Origin: a virus | Length of the DNA: 64,000 nt | IMG/VR virus record: IMGVR_UViG_3300021357_000002 | Span: 6,979 to 70,978 of that record | Strand: one strand, 5' to 3' | Part shown: piece by piece, positions 53,550 through 63,974 of the stretch | How positions within the stretch are numbered: the first letter of the stretch is position 1 | Layout: every line of letters starts with the position of its first letter | Position numbers and translations under genes: made by a program | Notes under the pieces: model-generated | The model's input: the letters and a program-made list of their open reading frames with translations, nothing else | The model's database searches: none | What the model was told of the DNA's origin: nothing

Positions 53550-54020
53550 TCAGTTACGTGCGAAGAGAGACTTGGTAGGATTCTGGTTAGCCATATACTC
53601 ATCTACTTCAGCATCAACCTGTTCTTCAGACAGGTGGGCTGCTGGGTCCACTGGCTCCGTAGGAGCAGTATCAATTACAGTTTCACCTTCAACTGGAAGT
53701 TCAGGAACAATTGCAGGAGCTACTGCTTCAGCTTCACCACGTAAGATTCCTTTACTTGGTTCAACAACTGTACGTTCAATTACTTCTGTACGTACACCTA
53801 CAGAGCCTTCTGAGGCCCCTGCACGTACATTAGGACCCTTTGGGTCATGTGTACTCGTTAAACGTTGTGGGGTGATTTCTAGAGTAGCTGAATAACCATT
53901 CTCACCACGACCAGCTTTCAGGTCGATAGTAATATCATTACCTGGAGCTACGTTGATGATACGGTTAGCATACTCTTTCAGAGCTTCGAGAATTTCATCA
54001 TGTTGTAATACGATTTGCAT
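53550..54020 (-). CDS. N4-conserved hypothetical protein
   Basis: MQIVLQHDEILEALKEY...IDLKAGRGENGYSATLEI; KSLFA C-terminus. Confidence 0.75.
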   Translation of the reverse strand: MQIVLQHDEILEALKEYANRIINVAPGNDITIDLKAGRGENGYSATLEITPQRLTSTHDPKGPNVRAGASEGSVGVRTEVIERTVVEPSKGILRGEAEAVAPAIVPELPVEGETVIDTAPTEPVDPAAHLSEEQVDAEVDEYMANQNPTKSLFARN

Positions 54021-54021
54021 A

Positions 54022-54405
54022 CTAATCTATTTCCTTAATAAAGATTTCTACACGAGGGTTTTCGTGGTCTATAGACCCCATCCGAAAAACCAACTCAGGA
54101 ATGTAAAGATAATTGTCATCTGGGAGTTTCCCTAGTTCGACTAAAGCATCAGCAAAAAACTTATCAACTATGGTACAAGCATTACCAACATCACTTAGAT
54201 GTTTGGTTCCTGGATAAAAGACATAGGTAAGATGCACCTTAGAGAACTTAGGCAGTGCTCTAATCTGTTCTTCCATAATCTTTTTAAAGTTAGCCTTAGC
54301 ATTATTAAGACTCATATGATGCTCATTACGATATGTATTGAGATTGAGGCTTAATAGTTTGGCTTTGGATTTATGTACTCGGAGGGGAGCGATAAGTTTG
54401 TACAT
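54022..54405 (-). CDS. RusA-like Holliday junction resolvase
   Basis: SDVGN...DKFFADALVELGKLPDDN. Confidence 0.75.
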   Translation of the reverse strand: MYKLIAPLRVHKSKAKLLSLNLNTYRNEHHMSLNNAKANFKKIMEEQIRALPKFSKVHLTYVFYPGTKHLSDVGNACTIVDKFFADALVELGKLPDDNYLYIPELVFRMGSIDHENPRVEIFIKEID

Positions 54406-54407
54406 GG

Positions 54408-54641
54408 TTATAGTCTCTTGTCATTAAAAATGACAGTGTATCCCTGAGACTTAAACCATTCTAGTTGCTGTAAGATTTGTGTTCTCATTAATGATTTAGA
54501 ACAAGCATGTTCCCAACCGGTTAATAAAACATCAATCTCTTTGTCATTTGGATTTTCCATAATCCCTTGGATGATTTTATATGACACTTTCTGGTAAGCT
54601 GTACCAGAGACATTTTGGAACATCCTTACTTTGATGGTCAT
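54408..54641 (-). CDS. hypothetical protein
   Basis: 77-aa ORF with AGGTGAG RBS. Confidence 0.6.
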   Translation of the reverse strand: MTIKVRMFQNVSGTAYQKVSYKIIQGIMENPNDKEIDVLLTGWEHACSKSLMRTQILQQLEWFKSQGYTVIFNDKRL

Positions 54642-54653
54642 AACTCACCTATT

Positions 54654-54683
54654 AAAAAGCTCTCCGTAGAGGGCTTCTTTTTT
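54654..54683 (-). terminator. intrinsic terminator after SSB
   Basis: AAGCCCTC-TACG-GAGAGCTT-TTT. Confidence 0.7.
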
Positions 54684-55422
54684 ATTTAGCGAACAGAGAT
54701 TTGGTTGGTTTAGCCCCTGCTGATGGAGCACCTGCTGTTACACCATCTTTAGAGCCTTTGGCTTTATTGATGGTTTTACCAGTATACTTGGCATCCCAAT
54801 CATTTTTGAACTTAGCTTCAGTTACCTGAGCTTCAATCTCCGGTACAGTCAGACCATCATCTGCACGGAAGAATTTAACGACTTCGTTAATATCACGAGT
54901 CTCACCAGATGGTACGTAGATTTTTCTACCATTACCATCGACTTGACCAGAATCGATATTCTTATCTACGGTTTGTTTCTGAATACCCGCAGTGACTGTT
55001 TGACCAGTCAGTTCAGTAAATACTTGAACTTTGGTAGGTACTTCACCTTTGGCTTCAAAGTCATACAGCTTGATAGTCTTCTCTTCCAAATCCAGTTGGC
55101 TAATTTCTTTACCAACAGTCAGAAGAGCTAAGCTATTAGCTGTCAGGAATCCTGGAAGATAGTGTTCCTTATTATCTTTACCAACATAGGTGTTCTTATT
55201 ACCTTTGTCGTTACCAGAGGTCATCCAGAACTGCTGACGTACCTCTTTACCGTTATAGTCAAAGATGGTATTCAGAGCTAATGCACCACCACTGGAAGTA
55301 GTGACATATGCTACTTTGATAGTCAGGTCATACAGGCCGGAGTCAAGAGCACCACCACCGCCCAGAATATCCTTTTCACCTTCGACGCCAGCTTTAGTTT
55401 CCAGATTTTTTAACAGAGACAT
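54682..55422 (-). CDS. single-stranded DNA-binding protein (N4 gp45-like)
   Basis: GGGGALDSGLY..TIKVAY, RQQFWMTSG, YLPGF, KPTKSLFAK C-terminus. Confidence 0.85.
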   Translation of the reverse strand: MSLLKNLETKAGVEGEKDILGGGGALDSGLYDLTIKVAYVTTSSGGALALNTIFDYNGKEVRQQFWMTSGNDKGNKNTYVGKDNKEHYLPGFLTANSLALLTVGKEISQLDLEEKTIKLYDFEAKGEVPTKVQVFTELTGQTVTAGIQKQTVDKNIDSGQVDGNGRKIYVPSGETRDINEVVKFFRADDGLTVPEIEAQVTEAKFKNDWDAKYTGKTINKAKGSKDGVTAGAPSAGAKPTKSLFAK

Positions 55423-55431
55423 ATTTATTCC

Positions 55432-56160
55432 TTATTCTTCGTAAAATTCTTTGATACGACCAAGTACTTTAGTTACATCGTTATCGATGAAACTTTCATT
55501 CATCTTCCACATAAAGCGTGGAGAACGAATACGTTCATGGACAGTATCTTTGGTGATACAAGTTTGGAAGACATGCTTATAACCAAGGATTTCTTCCTCT
55601 GGGGTAATAACCAACAGGTCATTCTCATAAGGTTTCAGATGCTTAAGCTGCATCTTCTTGGCATAAACAATACAGGTAAAGTAAGCTTCGATACCTTGGT
55701 TCTTCAGTGCACCTTTCACTGGAACTTTGGTTTCGATTACCATCTCATTCTCATTCAACTGAGATAGAGTATGAGCAGTAAAGATTACTCGTTTGGTAGA
55801 TTTGGCTACCTTAACCTGCATCAGATTCTTAAAGAACTGATTGTAATCAGCCCAACCTTTCATGGTATTGGTTGAACCAATAACATAAAGGGATTCAAAC
55901 ATATCCATCAGGAATGTAATTGAATCAACTACAATGGTATGAATGTGAGGCATAGTCTCAGCAGCATCAAATGCTTCATACACTTGTAGTGGGTCAGTGA
56001 TTACATACTTATCAAACTTGTTTGGAAATGGCAGACGTTTACCAGATTCACAGTTTAGATACATCACACCAGGATGGTCTTCTAGATTCATCAATGAAGC
56101 TGATTTACCAGACGATGATGCACCTGCAATTAAGACTAGGTCTTTAATTGGTTCTGACAT
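55432..56160 (-). CDS. Sak4-like AAA ATPase (N4 gp44-like)
   Basis: GASSSGKS, YLNCESGK, VVDSITFLMD, GIEAYF; start MSEPIK at 56160. Confidence 0.85.
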   Translation of the reverse strand: MSEPIKDLVLIAGASSSGKSASLMNLEDHPGVMYLNCESGKRLPFPNKFDKYVITDPLQVYEAFDAAETMPHIHTIVVDSITFLMDMFESLYVIGSTNTMKGWADYNQFFKNLMQVKVAKSTKRVIFTAHTLSQLNENEMVIETKVPVKGALKNQGIEAYFTCIVYAKKMQLKHLKPYENDLLVITPEEEILGYKHVFQTCITKDTVHERIRSPRFMWKMNESFIDNDVTKVLGRIKEFYEE

Positions 56161-56179
56161 TTTATCTCCTGCTTGGGGA

Positions 56180-58354
56180 TTACTTCTCGGAAAGTTTCTT
56201 GCTAACGCTACGCATGATAGTACTGTGAATTTCAATCTCTGGAAGTCCACTATCCAGTTTGGCATTGAAGCCAAGAACCTTATCCAAGATTCCTTGATAA
56301 TCCAGTCCAGTATCAGCCAACATCATAGCAAATTTCAGCAGTTGATTGTTGCGATTTCCGTTACCCATTCGCTGAGCAAACCAACGTTCAAGGTTATCTA
56401 AGTTACCTAAATCAACCATAGTCTTCTTCAACTCATCATTCTTACTTGTCTTCGGAATGAAAGCTAAAGCATCAAGAATTTCTCCTTCATTGGAGAATGT
56501 AATTCCTTGATGTGTTGCCCACTTACGACAACGTTGACTAGTTTGTTCATCAACTTTGAATGGAAGCCATTCATAGATGTTATTCATAAACTCTCTGAAT
56601 TCATTTTCATCAAGTTTAAGATGATAGTTGATAGGCATGATAAGCCTGAATCTATCTCCATATCCCTCAGTTTGATGACGTTTAGTTGTATGAATGAAAT
56701 ACGTATAGTCTTTCATCAATACCTTAACTTCATCTAATGATGTTCCTTCATCTACATCAATGACGATAACGTTGAAGCCCGGCAGAATGTTTGAACCATC
56801 TCTATGCCCATCTCCATCAGCACCTTTAAGTAATGCATGGTTAATCCAATGCATATCATCCATCTGGCATAAAGCCTGAAGATTACTAAAGGAGATTGGT
56901 TCAGAGAGATAGTTATAAGCTACATGCCCACTATAAGAAGCAATGAGTTTATTTAAGTCTGTTGGCTTAAGGGCCTCACCCTTAAAGAACTCAATACCAT
57001 CAACATATGTTTTCTTGATGATGATGTGGTGCTTGTAACCATAAGCGATAGCTAAGTTCATTAGCTCTTGCTTCTGCGCATTGCTACCCTTATAGAATGG
57101 TAAATCCTCTACCAAATCTACATGAGTAACTTCCTTACCTACTTCTGCAATATAGTTGGCTAACTTTACATAGTTCTTCTCACGACTGAGAATCCTATTA
57201 AAAGCTTCACCAGACTCCTCTACGAGTTTGATTGCAGATAAAAGCTGAGCTTCAGTTACTTCAGGAGTTTCATCCACAAATGCGTACACACCTGCAAGTT
57301 TCAGTGCTTTGAAATATCTGTGACGTAATTCAGCTTTACGAATCTCCTCATGGTCAGGCAGCTTGTCAGCTATCTGTTCACAATGGAGTTTGTAGGCAAT
57401 GAGCTTGATGCTCACATCCCTGTTAACCATGATTTGCTGATTGTACTTTATGGCATCAGCCAACATACCAAAGTGCTGAGATAACTGAGCAATGGTTGAG
57501 TTGGATGTAGAGTCAGTCAGCATATCGAAGACTTGTTCTGGAGACATTTCTTGTTGGAAATCTTCTTTACGAGAATAACCAAACAAACAACGTCTAGCAT
57601 ACCCTGTTTCCAGTAATGCATAGAATTCATCTTCTTCCTTACCACCATTCAGCAGACTACTTGGAGTACCAAACAGAAGCATATTGGTTGGAGTTTTACC
57701 CTCCAATTCCTCAGCACGTTGGGAGTCTGCTGTATTCTTGGTTAATTTCTGTTTGATGAGTCCTTGGTCATACAACTCTAAGAAAGCTGTTAACAAGTCC
57801 ATGTTAGCGATAAGGTTCTTACCTAACTCATCACACTCGAAGGATGCAGCACCAGCATTAGCCAGTAACAGCTTGTGACGTAACTGCTTGAGAGCAGGTA
57901 CAGTACCACTATCAAACGAGAATGCTAATGCACCTGTAGAAGCAAATTCCTTCTCCAGTTTCACTAACTCATCAGCAGGGTCTGTTCCATTTTTATTGGC
58001 TCTTTTAGCAGCTATATCAACAAGATTCTGTTGAGCTATATATGGGAAAGTATCTTGAAGGAACGTGTTCTTAAATTGGTTCAAGAATTGACCTTCAATA
58101 ATGTTAGTGGAATGACCTTTACCTGAGCCTGACGGAGCTAAGTTCAAGGCATACACATTAACAGGAATCTTCCCTCTATCTAAGGTATCCAGAGTACATC
58201 TCATACTGGATGCCATCTTAGCTAAAAAGTAACTAACCTGAACTCTGAAGAACAATCGGTTACTGTTTAGAGTTTTCTTTGTTAACACATCTACAATCTG
58301 TTCAGAGATTGGATGATATTGGGCAGATGATAAGTCAAACATTGGGTTCCTCAA
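56180..58354 (-). CDS. primase/helicase-like replication protein (N4 gp43-like)
   Basis: NLAPSGSGKGHS; VIDVDEG...HTTKRH...RFRL; GNRNNQL. Confidence 0.85.
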   Translation of the reverse strand: MRNPMFDLSSAQYHPISEQIVDVLTKKTLNSNRLFFRVQVSYFLAKMASSMRCTLDTLDRGKIPVNVYALNLAPSGSGKGHSTNIIEGQFLNQFKNTFLQDTFPYIAQQNLVDIAAKRANKNGTDPADELVKLEKEFASTGALAFSFDSGTVPALKQLRHKLLLANAGAASFECDELGKNLIANMDLLTAFLELYDQGLIKQKLTKNTADSQRAEELEGKTPTNMLLFGTPSSLLNGGKEEDEFYALLETGYARRCLFGYSRKEDFQQEMSPEQVFDMLTDSTSNSTIAQLSQHFGMLADAIKYNQQIMVNRDVSIKLIAYKLHCEQIADKLPDHEEIRKAELRHRYFKALKLAGVYAFVDETPEVTEAQLLSAIKLVEESGEAFNRILSREKNYVKLANYIAEVGKEVTHVDLVEDLPFYKGSNAQKQELMNLAIAYGYKHHIIIKKTYVDGIEFFKGEALKPTDLNKLIASYSGHVAYNYLSEPISFSNLQALCQMDDMHWINHALLKGADGDGHRDGSNILPGFNVIVIDVDEGTSLDEVKVLMKDYTYFIHTTKRHQTEGYGDRFRLIMPINYHLKLDENEFREFMNNIYEWLPFKVDEQTSQRCRKWATHQGITFSNEGEILDALAFIPKTSKNDELKKTMVDLGNLDNLERWFAQRMGNGNRNNQLLKFAMMLADTGLDYQGILDKVLGFNAKLDSGLPEIEIHSTIMRSVSKKLSEK

Positions 58355-59337
58355 TCTGAAACGTTAAGTTCCCCTGAAGCCAAATACTTATCTTTCTGAG
58401 TACAGATAGCAAATACTGGACAGTATTTACACGCTTTAACTTCACCTGGAACAGTGACAACAATACCTACTGCACCATCTTCAGCAAACCTCAGATTAGC
58501 ATCATGTAAGTTATCAAAGTTCTTTGTACTACGGCCTGTAGAGGCTGGATTCTTGTAATACTTATAGACAGGGTCAGAACGCCATAACTCTTCTTCTGTA
58601 CATTCAGGAAGTTCTGGTTCAGGGGTATCCATGTACCTTTCCAAAGCAGTTAGCTTGGAGGCAACATACTGCTCCGTTTCATGCACAGATTTCAACTGCA
58701 ATGGATATTCTAAAATCTTCTGTTGAGGGTAATCCTTATTACCTTTGGCTTGATTGGCAGACCAATCTACAAAGAGATAATCAATATACATATGGTCATG
58801 CTTGATTTTCTCTGGGTTAAGCCAACGATAGATACTTCCCTGCATACGAAACTTTTCATCATTGGATTTGTTCTGGTATGTAAACACACTGGTAGATTTA
58901 ACATCTCTCAGTCTGTACTCCATAACCATGTCGAACTTACCTCCGATAGTCCATCCTCGGAAATCCTTCTCAACTCTCTGCTCTAACCAGACAGGAATAA
59001 CATCGTCATTGAGTTCTTCATCTGTTGGATTGATACGCACAGCTTCAATGACTCTTTTTGGATAACCAAGGTCAGCTAAAGACTGTTTGTATTTCTCCTT
59101 CCAAGCTCTCTCAATCGCATCGTGGAAGGCTGAACCCATACGGTTAGAGATTCGTCCAGATACATCAGCAGAAGCCTCCAGAGAGCCTGTGAGACGCTTC
59201 ATCAATACCAATTGACGAACACTCTTCAGTAGACTAGTAGCAGAGATATAGTTTGGTTTCTCAACGTAGTCGTAATCATCAGCCGCTAACCAGACAGCCA
59301 TCGATAAAGCAATGTTAGTATTATTGGTTAGCTTCAT
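58351..59337 (-). CDS. PD-(D/E)XK exonuclease, Cas4-like (N4 gp42-like)
   Basis: ISATSLLKSVRQ, GKFD...DVKSTS, C-terminal CKYC..C. Confidence 0.82.
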   Translation of the reverse strand: MKLTNNTNIALSMAVWLAADDYDYVEKPNYISATSLLKSVRQLVLMKRLTGSLEASADVSGRISNRMGSAFHDAIERAWKEKYKQSLADLGYPKRVIEAVRINPTDEELNDDVIPVWLEQRVEKDFRGWTIGGKFDMVMEYRLRDVKSTSVFTYQNKSNDEKFRMQGSIYRWLNPEKIKHDHMYIDYLFVDWSANQAKGNKDYPQQKILEYPLQLKSVHETEQYVASKLTALERYMDTPEPELPECTEEELWRSDPVYKYYKNPASTGRSTKNFDNLHDANLRFAEDGAVGIVVTVPGEVKACKYCPVFAICTQKDKYLASGELNVSD

Positions 59338-59339
59338 AA

Positions 59340-59969
59340 TTATTTCTTCTCGGAAGGAATACCAATTGATGCATTCAGACTTTCAAAGTTGATTGCTGGA
59401 AGACCAGCACGAACTACTTCAACTTCTCTTGGAATCAGTTCAGCAGATTCAGGCCATACTTCAATCAAACGTTTGGTAGTAGATACTGAATAAACTACTG
59501 CTTGAACGTTGTCTTTGATTTGTTGACGAGACGATTTCAAATCTTCTAATGCTTTTTCAGCATCAAGGAATTTTTGAACTAATGGATTATCGGCAGTTAA
59601 AGTGGGTTTACCGTCATACATATAAATGACACGTAACTCTTTAAACTTATCTGATACCCAATTCATATCAGGAGATGGAACCTGCATACCTGCAAGATTC
59701 AATTTGGAATTGCTCCAAGTATGTCCTGAACCAAGACTTGGTACATTCACCCCTGATTTACGGAGTTCACTAATCTTTTCTTCAATGGTTTCAAAGCGGT
59801 CGCATAAACGACGATAAGCTTTTAATCCACCAAATGCTGCAATCCAGCATTCCATCTTAATATCTTCTAAAGCAGTACGTGCTTCTTCGATACGTTTAGG
59901 AAAACCAGATTTATTTACAGCAGCTTTTATGATTTCATCACGAGCAGCATTAGTTAAACGTACAGACAT
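59340..59969 (-). CDS. Nmad5 (nucleotide modification associated domain 5)-like protein
   Basis: RLTNAARDEII...STTKRLIEVWPE...LPA. Confidence 0.75.
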   Translation of the reverse strand: MSVRLTNAARDEIIKAAVNKSGFPKRIEEARTALEDIKMECWIAAFGGLKAYRRLCDRFETIEEKISELRKSGVNVPSLGSGHTWSNSKLNLAGMQVPSPDMNWVSDKFKELRVIYMYDGKPTLTADNPLVQKFLDAEKALEDLKSSRQQIKDNVQAVVYSVSTTKRLIEVWPESAELIPREVEVVRAGLPAINFESLNASIGIPSEKK

Positions 59970-59971
59970 AA

Positions 59972-60604
59972 TTATTCCTCATTCCAACCTAATGCTTCTG
60001 CAATAGTTGGGAATTGTGATTTGAATATTTCCTTAGCAGCCAAAGCAATTTCCATATGTTCTTTTTGAGTACCGTTGGCACTACGCAATTGAATGTATGT
60101 AATCCAACTACGAAGATTACCTTTCATATAAATCTTGGTTGGGGTACACATTGGTAGAATCATACGAGCACATTCTTTAGCTACACCCTGAGCCAATAAT
60201 TCTTCATACAGACGTTGAGTCTCAACAATATGAGTTTGAATCTTGGCTTGAAGGTCAGCTTTTAAATCTGCTGGAATGTTATCGATAGAGTTCTGACGGT
60301 TCTTCTCATCCTGAGAACGTAAGTCAAATACAGCAGGTAATTCAGTAACCTCTGCATATCGTTGACTAAATTCTTGGAAAGTAAAACTACGATGACGAAT
60401 AATCTGTGCTGAGATAGCACGAGTAGTTTCAATTTCAAGAGTCATATCTGCTTGTTCAAATACACTCCAATGAGCATGTGCAATGCAGTAGCGAAGCAAT
60501 CCTGCTACAGAAGGATTGTCTTGGTTTTCTGGATTAGAGACACGAGCAATATAGCCAACAATCTTCTCAGCTTCTGGTGTTGCAGTAATAAACTTAACTT
60601 GCAT
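59972..60604 (-). CDS. thyX: flavin-dependent thymidylate synthase
   Basis: HWSVFE, RHRSFTFQEFSQRY, ECARMILP, NLRSW. Confidence 0.95.
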   Translation of the reverse strand: MQVKFITATPEAEKIVGYIARVSNPENQDNPSVAGLLRYCIAHAHWSVFEQADMTLEIETTRAISAQIIRHRSFTFQEFSQRYAEVTELPAVFDLRSQDEKNRQNSIDNIPADLKADLQAKIQTHIVETQRLYEELLAQGVAKECARMILPMCTPTKIYMKGNLRSWITYIQLRSANGTQKEHMEIALAAKEIFKSQFPTIAEALGWNEE

Positions 60605-60606
60605 GG

Positions 60607-60921
60607 TTACTCCAATGGCAAATTCATTTGAGGATTTGGCATAGCAGACTCTCCAGCTAATGCAAAGTAAGCAGAGCCATCAACATAGTCATCAAGCTTG
60701 AATGAGCCTCCTGAAGCTCTTGCAGCTTTCAGGAATACCATGAACATCCAACCTTGTTCTTCTGTCAGGTTGAGCTTATACATTGCATTGAAGGCTGCTA
60801 CAGTGCGCTCCATTGAACGTTCTGATTCTTGGTCACGTTCGTGTGCTCTGTCAGCAATACAACGATGTGCTTCCTGTAAGATTGCAGGAGCACTATCAAT
60901 AGGGGACTGTAAGATATTCAT
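60607..60921 (-). CDS. DUF6378-like protein
   Basis: ADRAHERD..ERSM...GWMFMVFLKAAR...DDYVDGSAYFALAGE. Confidence 0.65.
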   Translation of the reverse strand: MNILQSPIDSAPAILQEAHRCIADRAHERDQESERSMERTVAAFNAMYKLNLTEEQGWMFMVFLKAARASGGSFKLDDYVDGSAYFALAGESAMPNPQMNLPLE

Positions 60922-63509
60922 TTTTTATATTTCTCCGGGTGAAGATACTTATCCAATCCAACTTCACATGTATCTAAGATTTCTTCTCTAGAAGCTCCAT
61001 TCTTTAAGGAGATATCATTAGCCCATGATGGATAAAAGACACTTAAATCTCCTCCTAACTTCACTTCCTCGTGATAGATATCGGGATGGTCTTGCCATTG
61101 AACACACTCAACTAAGTTCTCATTAACCCAATGAACAATATCAATATCATCTGGAACCAGATAATACTGAGCATCATGGATTTGAGCGCATGGTTTGATT
61201 ACATCTGCATAAGGAGAATTCCATACACGTTCCATAAACTCATTAGCTGCACGGTTATTTAACAAGCACCAAGATTGACCTAAAGCATTACCAGCAGTTC
61301 TGCCTTCTGCTTTGGCTTCATATGGTGTTTGTTTAATTCCCCAGACAACATTCTTGAGTAATGGAGTACGGATTCTTAATCCAAATGCAGCAGTGATATA
61401 ACCATCTTTGCTGGCTTGTGCTAACTTAGCATCTACCCATTGGTCAGAGACGAAATAGAGTTCGTGATACCTCTTTTCAACCATCTTCGCTTTGTCTTCT
61501 GGGAAACCACAGTTAGCCATCAATGTGTGATAAGTACCTTGATAGGTAAGTGCAAAAGTAGGAGCTTTAGATTCTTGTCTAAAGTCCTTATATAAGTCCT
61601 GAATACTATTAATACTTTCCACTGTATTAGCAATATCAGGCATCTGGTCGCCAAAATAAGCGAATGCTCTGAGAGAATGACCATCATACCCATCGGTATA
61701 AACTTTAAGTTTATTAGGGTCTTTGGTTGTCAGAGCTGAAATACGGTCCTCTAAAGATGCAAAGTCTAATCCAATAAGAAGCCAACCTTTACCAGCTTTA
61801 AAGCATCGCTTAATAGGCTTGGCATAAGGACTCTTAGAAGATGGGATTTGTTGCATGTTTGGTTTCGATGAACTCAAACGACCGGATACAGTACCACCTA
61901 AGTTATAGCTGCCGAACAGATAGTAGTTACCATCCTCGGCTAAAGGTGCTTCTTCAAATGCAGGGATGAATGCAGATAAAATCTTCTCTACCTTAGAATA
62001 TTTAATAAGGCATTCGAGTATCTTCTTCTGACGGTCATCTGTTGTATGGTTGATTAACTTATCTAAGGTATCTGCACCAGTAGCAGGTTGTTTAGACTCA
62101 GTATAATCAATTACAGGTAAGCCCATAATCTCATACAAGAGTTCTTGCATCTGAGGGTTAGAGTTTGGATTAAACTCTATCTTTAATGTCTCATCATCAG
62201 ACATTGTTATTTGCTTGGTTTTGAGAGCAGCATTGCGAGTAGCTACATGTTGTTCACGCAAGTTATGAACCAGTAAATCTACTACAGCAAATGAACGGAT
62301 AGCATTAAGATATCCATCACGCTCTTTAGTCATCTCTATTTTAACCTTCTTAACTTCTGCCATATCAATAGGCATACCAGTTAATTGCATCTGAATAATA
62401 TTCTTCAGCGAAGGTAGCATTAGGTCATTATAGATTTCCCACTGTTCATCCAGCACCATAGTATCTGCATGTTTGTCTGCAACATACCAAGTGCTTAAAC
62501 AGTCAACTAAGTTGTATTCCAGTAACTCTGGAAGGGGAATCTTAGTAATGTCATTAATATCTTCTTGTGCATAGTTTCCAGCAAATTCATGAGCCTGAGA
62601 TTTCAGTCCCAATTCATTACCTGCACAAGAGTTTGTAGCCAGATAAGTTACAATCTTAGTATCGTGAAAATCACGACACATAATATGCAACCCCTTAAGC
62701 AGTCCTTTCTGGTCTATTAGACCTTTCATCCAAAGCTGATGGATAAGCACTGTTAAGTCATAACTAGCGTTATGCCAAATCAGTTTGCCTTTATAAGTTT
62801 CAAAGAACTTCTTAAGAGCCTGCCTTATCCTATTAGCCTTGTCTGGTTCATTCGTGTAATCAACAGCGAATGCTCCTCCATTGTGCTGGTCCCATGCAAA
62901 ACCAATAGTACCTACACCTGCTTGATAGAATTTGAGGCTAAATGCCTCTATATCTGACGCCAATACCGGATATTGATGAAGAGATTCAAGCCAAGTTTCA
63001 ATGTCTTCAACTGTCGAGGGATAATATGCAGAGTGAATAATGTCTTTACCAATTTCTTGGTATTGCCCATTCACTTTATCTACCAATGCTTTAAGTGCTA
63101 AATCGACTTTATCCTGAACTGATGGGTCATAGAAAATCTGAGCATAGTTAGGACAAAAGATAATATTCAAATGCTCGAATCCAGCAATGGCACAAGGCAA
63201 CACATAACCATAATGCGGTTCTGCTTTGGTTTGCTTGGTTAGAGTTTTGAAGTAAGCACTGTCACAACAGAGTACATACTCAGTTCTAAGATTACATAGC
63301 TCTGGTAGTAACTCTTTAAGATAGTCTTTCTGCAAAGATACAGGAGCTTTCTTTCCATTGTATTCAAGGTCAAATGCAATGAATTGCTTTGGCTTGATTC
63401 CTGTTGGGTCGATGTATGTTTCCTGTAAGTCTTTCTTCTTCAGTTGCTGGGGTTTGATGAGAATAGCTATTGGATATCTTTGGTTCTGTTCAAAGATTAT
63501 GTGACGCAT
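60918..63509 (-). CDS. family A DNA polymerase with 3'-5' exonuclease (N4 gp39-like)
   Basis: SDIEAF, YNLVD, GRLSSSKPNMQQIP, DFASLE, RQESKAPTFALTYQG, QIHDA. Confidence 0.95.
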   Translation of the reverse strand: MRHIIFEQNQRYPIAILIKPQQLKKKDLQETYIDPTGIKPKQFIAFDLEYNGKKAPVSLQKDYLKELLPELCNLRTEYVLCCDSAYFKTLTKQTKAEPHYGYVLPCAIAGFEHLNIIFCPNYAQIFYDPSVQDKVDLALKALVDKVNGQYQEIGKDIIHSAYYPSTVEDIETWLESLHQYPVLASDIEAFSLKFYQAGVGTIGFAWDQHNGGAFAVDYTNEPDKANRIRQALKKFFETYKGKLIWHNASYDLTVLIHQLWMKGLIDQKGLLKGLHIMCRDFHDTKIVTYLATNSCAGNELGLKSQAHEFAGNYAQEDINDITKIPLPELLEYNLVDCLSTWYVADKHADTMVLDEQWEIYNDLMLPSLKNIIQMQLTGMPIDMAEVKKVKIEMTKERDGYLNAIRSFAVVDLLVHNLREQHVATRNAALKTKQITMSDDETLKIEFNPNSNPQMQELLYEIMGLPVIDYTESKQPATGADTLDKLINHTTDDRQKKILECLIKYSKVEKILSAFIPAFEEAPLAEDGNYYLFGSYNLGGTVSGRLSSSKPNMQQIPSSKSPYAKPIKRCFKAGKGWLLIGLDFASLEDRISALTTKDPNKLKVYTDGYDGHSLRAFAYFGDQMPDIANTVESINSIQDLYKDFRQESKAPTFALTYQGTYHTLMANCGFPEDKAKMVEKRYHELYFVSDQWVDAKLAQASKDGYITAAFGLRIRTPLLKNVVWGIKQTPYEAKAEGRTAGNALGQSWCLLNNRAANEFMERVWNSPYADVIKPCAQIHDAQYYLVPDDIDIVHWVNENLVECVQWQDHPDIYHEEVKLGGDLSVFYPSWANDISLKNGASREEILDTCEVGLDKYLHPEKYKK

Positions 63510-63735
63510 CTTCTGAGTCCACTCCCCTTAAGTCCATAAATCGATAGGTTCTTCCTTCTGCATTAAGCCTATCCATAAGCTCATACAATTCAGGAGATGG
63601 AAGTCTATCTAAGAAGTAGGTTCTAGTCATGTCTGTATCAACATACCTAGACTCACGTAACTGTTCAGGCCACCATTGTCTAAGCAATGTGTACTCTGTA
63701 ACAATTATCTTTGATACTGCGAATGCGATATCCAT
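63490..63735 (-). CDS. hypothetical protein
   Basis: 81-aa ORF coupled to the polymerase start. Confidence 0.6.
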   Translation of the reverse strand: MDIAFAVSKIIVTEYTLLRQWWPEQLRESRYVDTDMTRTYFLDRLPSPELYELMDRLNAEGRTYRFMDLRGVDSEDASHNL

Positions 63736-63974
63736 CAGATAATCAACTTAGTCATCACATAAAATGAGATAAGTTTATAGATAGACTCATCAGGGTGCAT
63801 ACCTCTGATTGGTTCTTTCTCACCAATAGAAGTATGAACAAAGATTTCATCTAACTTACTATGCATAAATGGGGGTACATAACAGTATAACTGACCATAG
63901 TTAGTCATACGTGCTAATACTCTTTTGAAGTAGTTTTCGAGATACATCCAGTCTCTCTTAACTTTTTGCTTCAA
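63735..63974 (-). CDS. hypothetical protein
   Basis: 79-aa ORF from the track; start uncertain near the window edge. Confidence 0.45.
   Translation of the reverse strand: MKQKVKRDWMYLENYFKRVLARMTNYGQLYCYVPPFMHSKLDEIFVHTSIGEKEPIRGMHPDESIYKLISFYVMTKLII

Noticed and set aside
42139-63509. Numerous short antisense or alternate-frame ORFs within vRNAP, primase, polymerase and structural genes
   Set aside because: They are fully nested in long conserved genes and lack RBS or motifs; only Rz1 has independent support.
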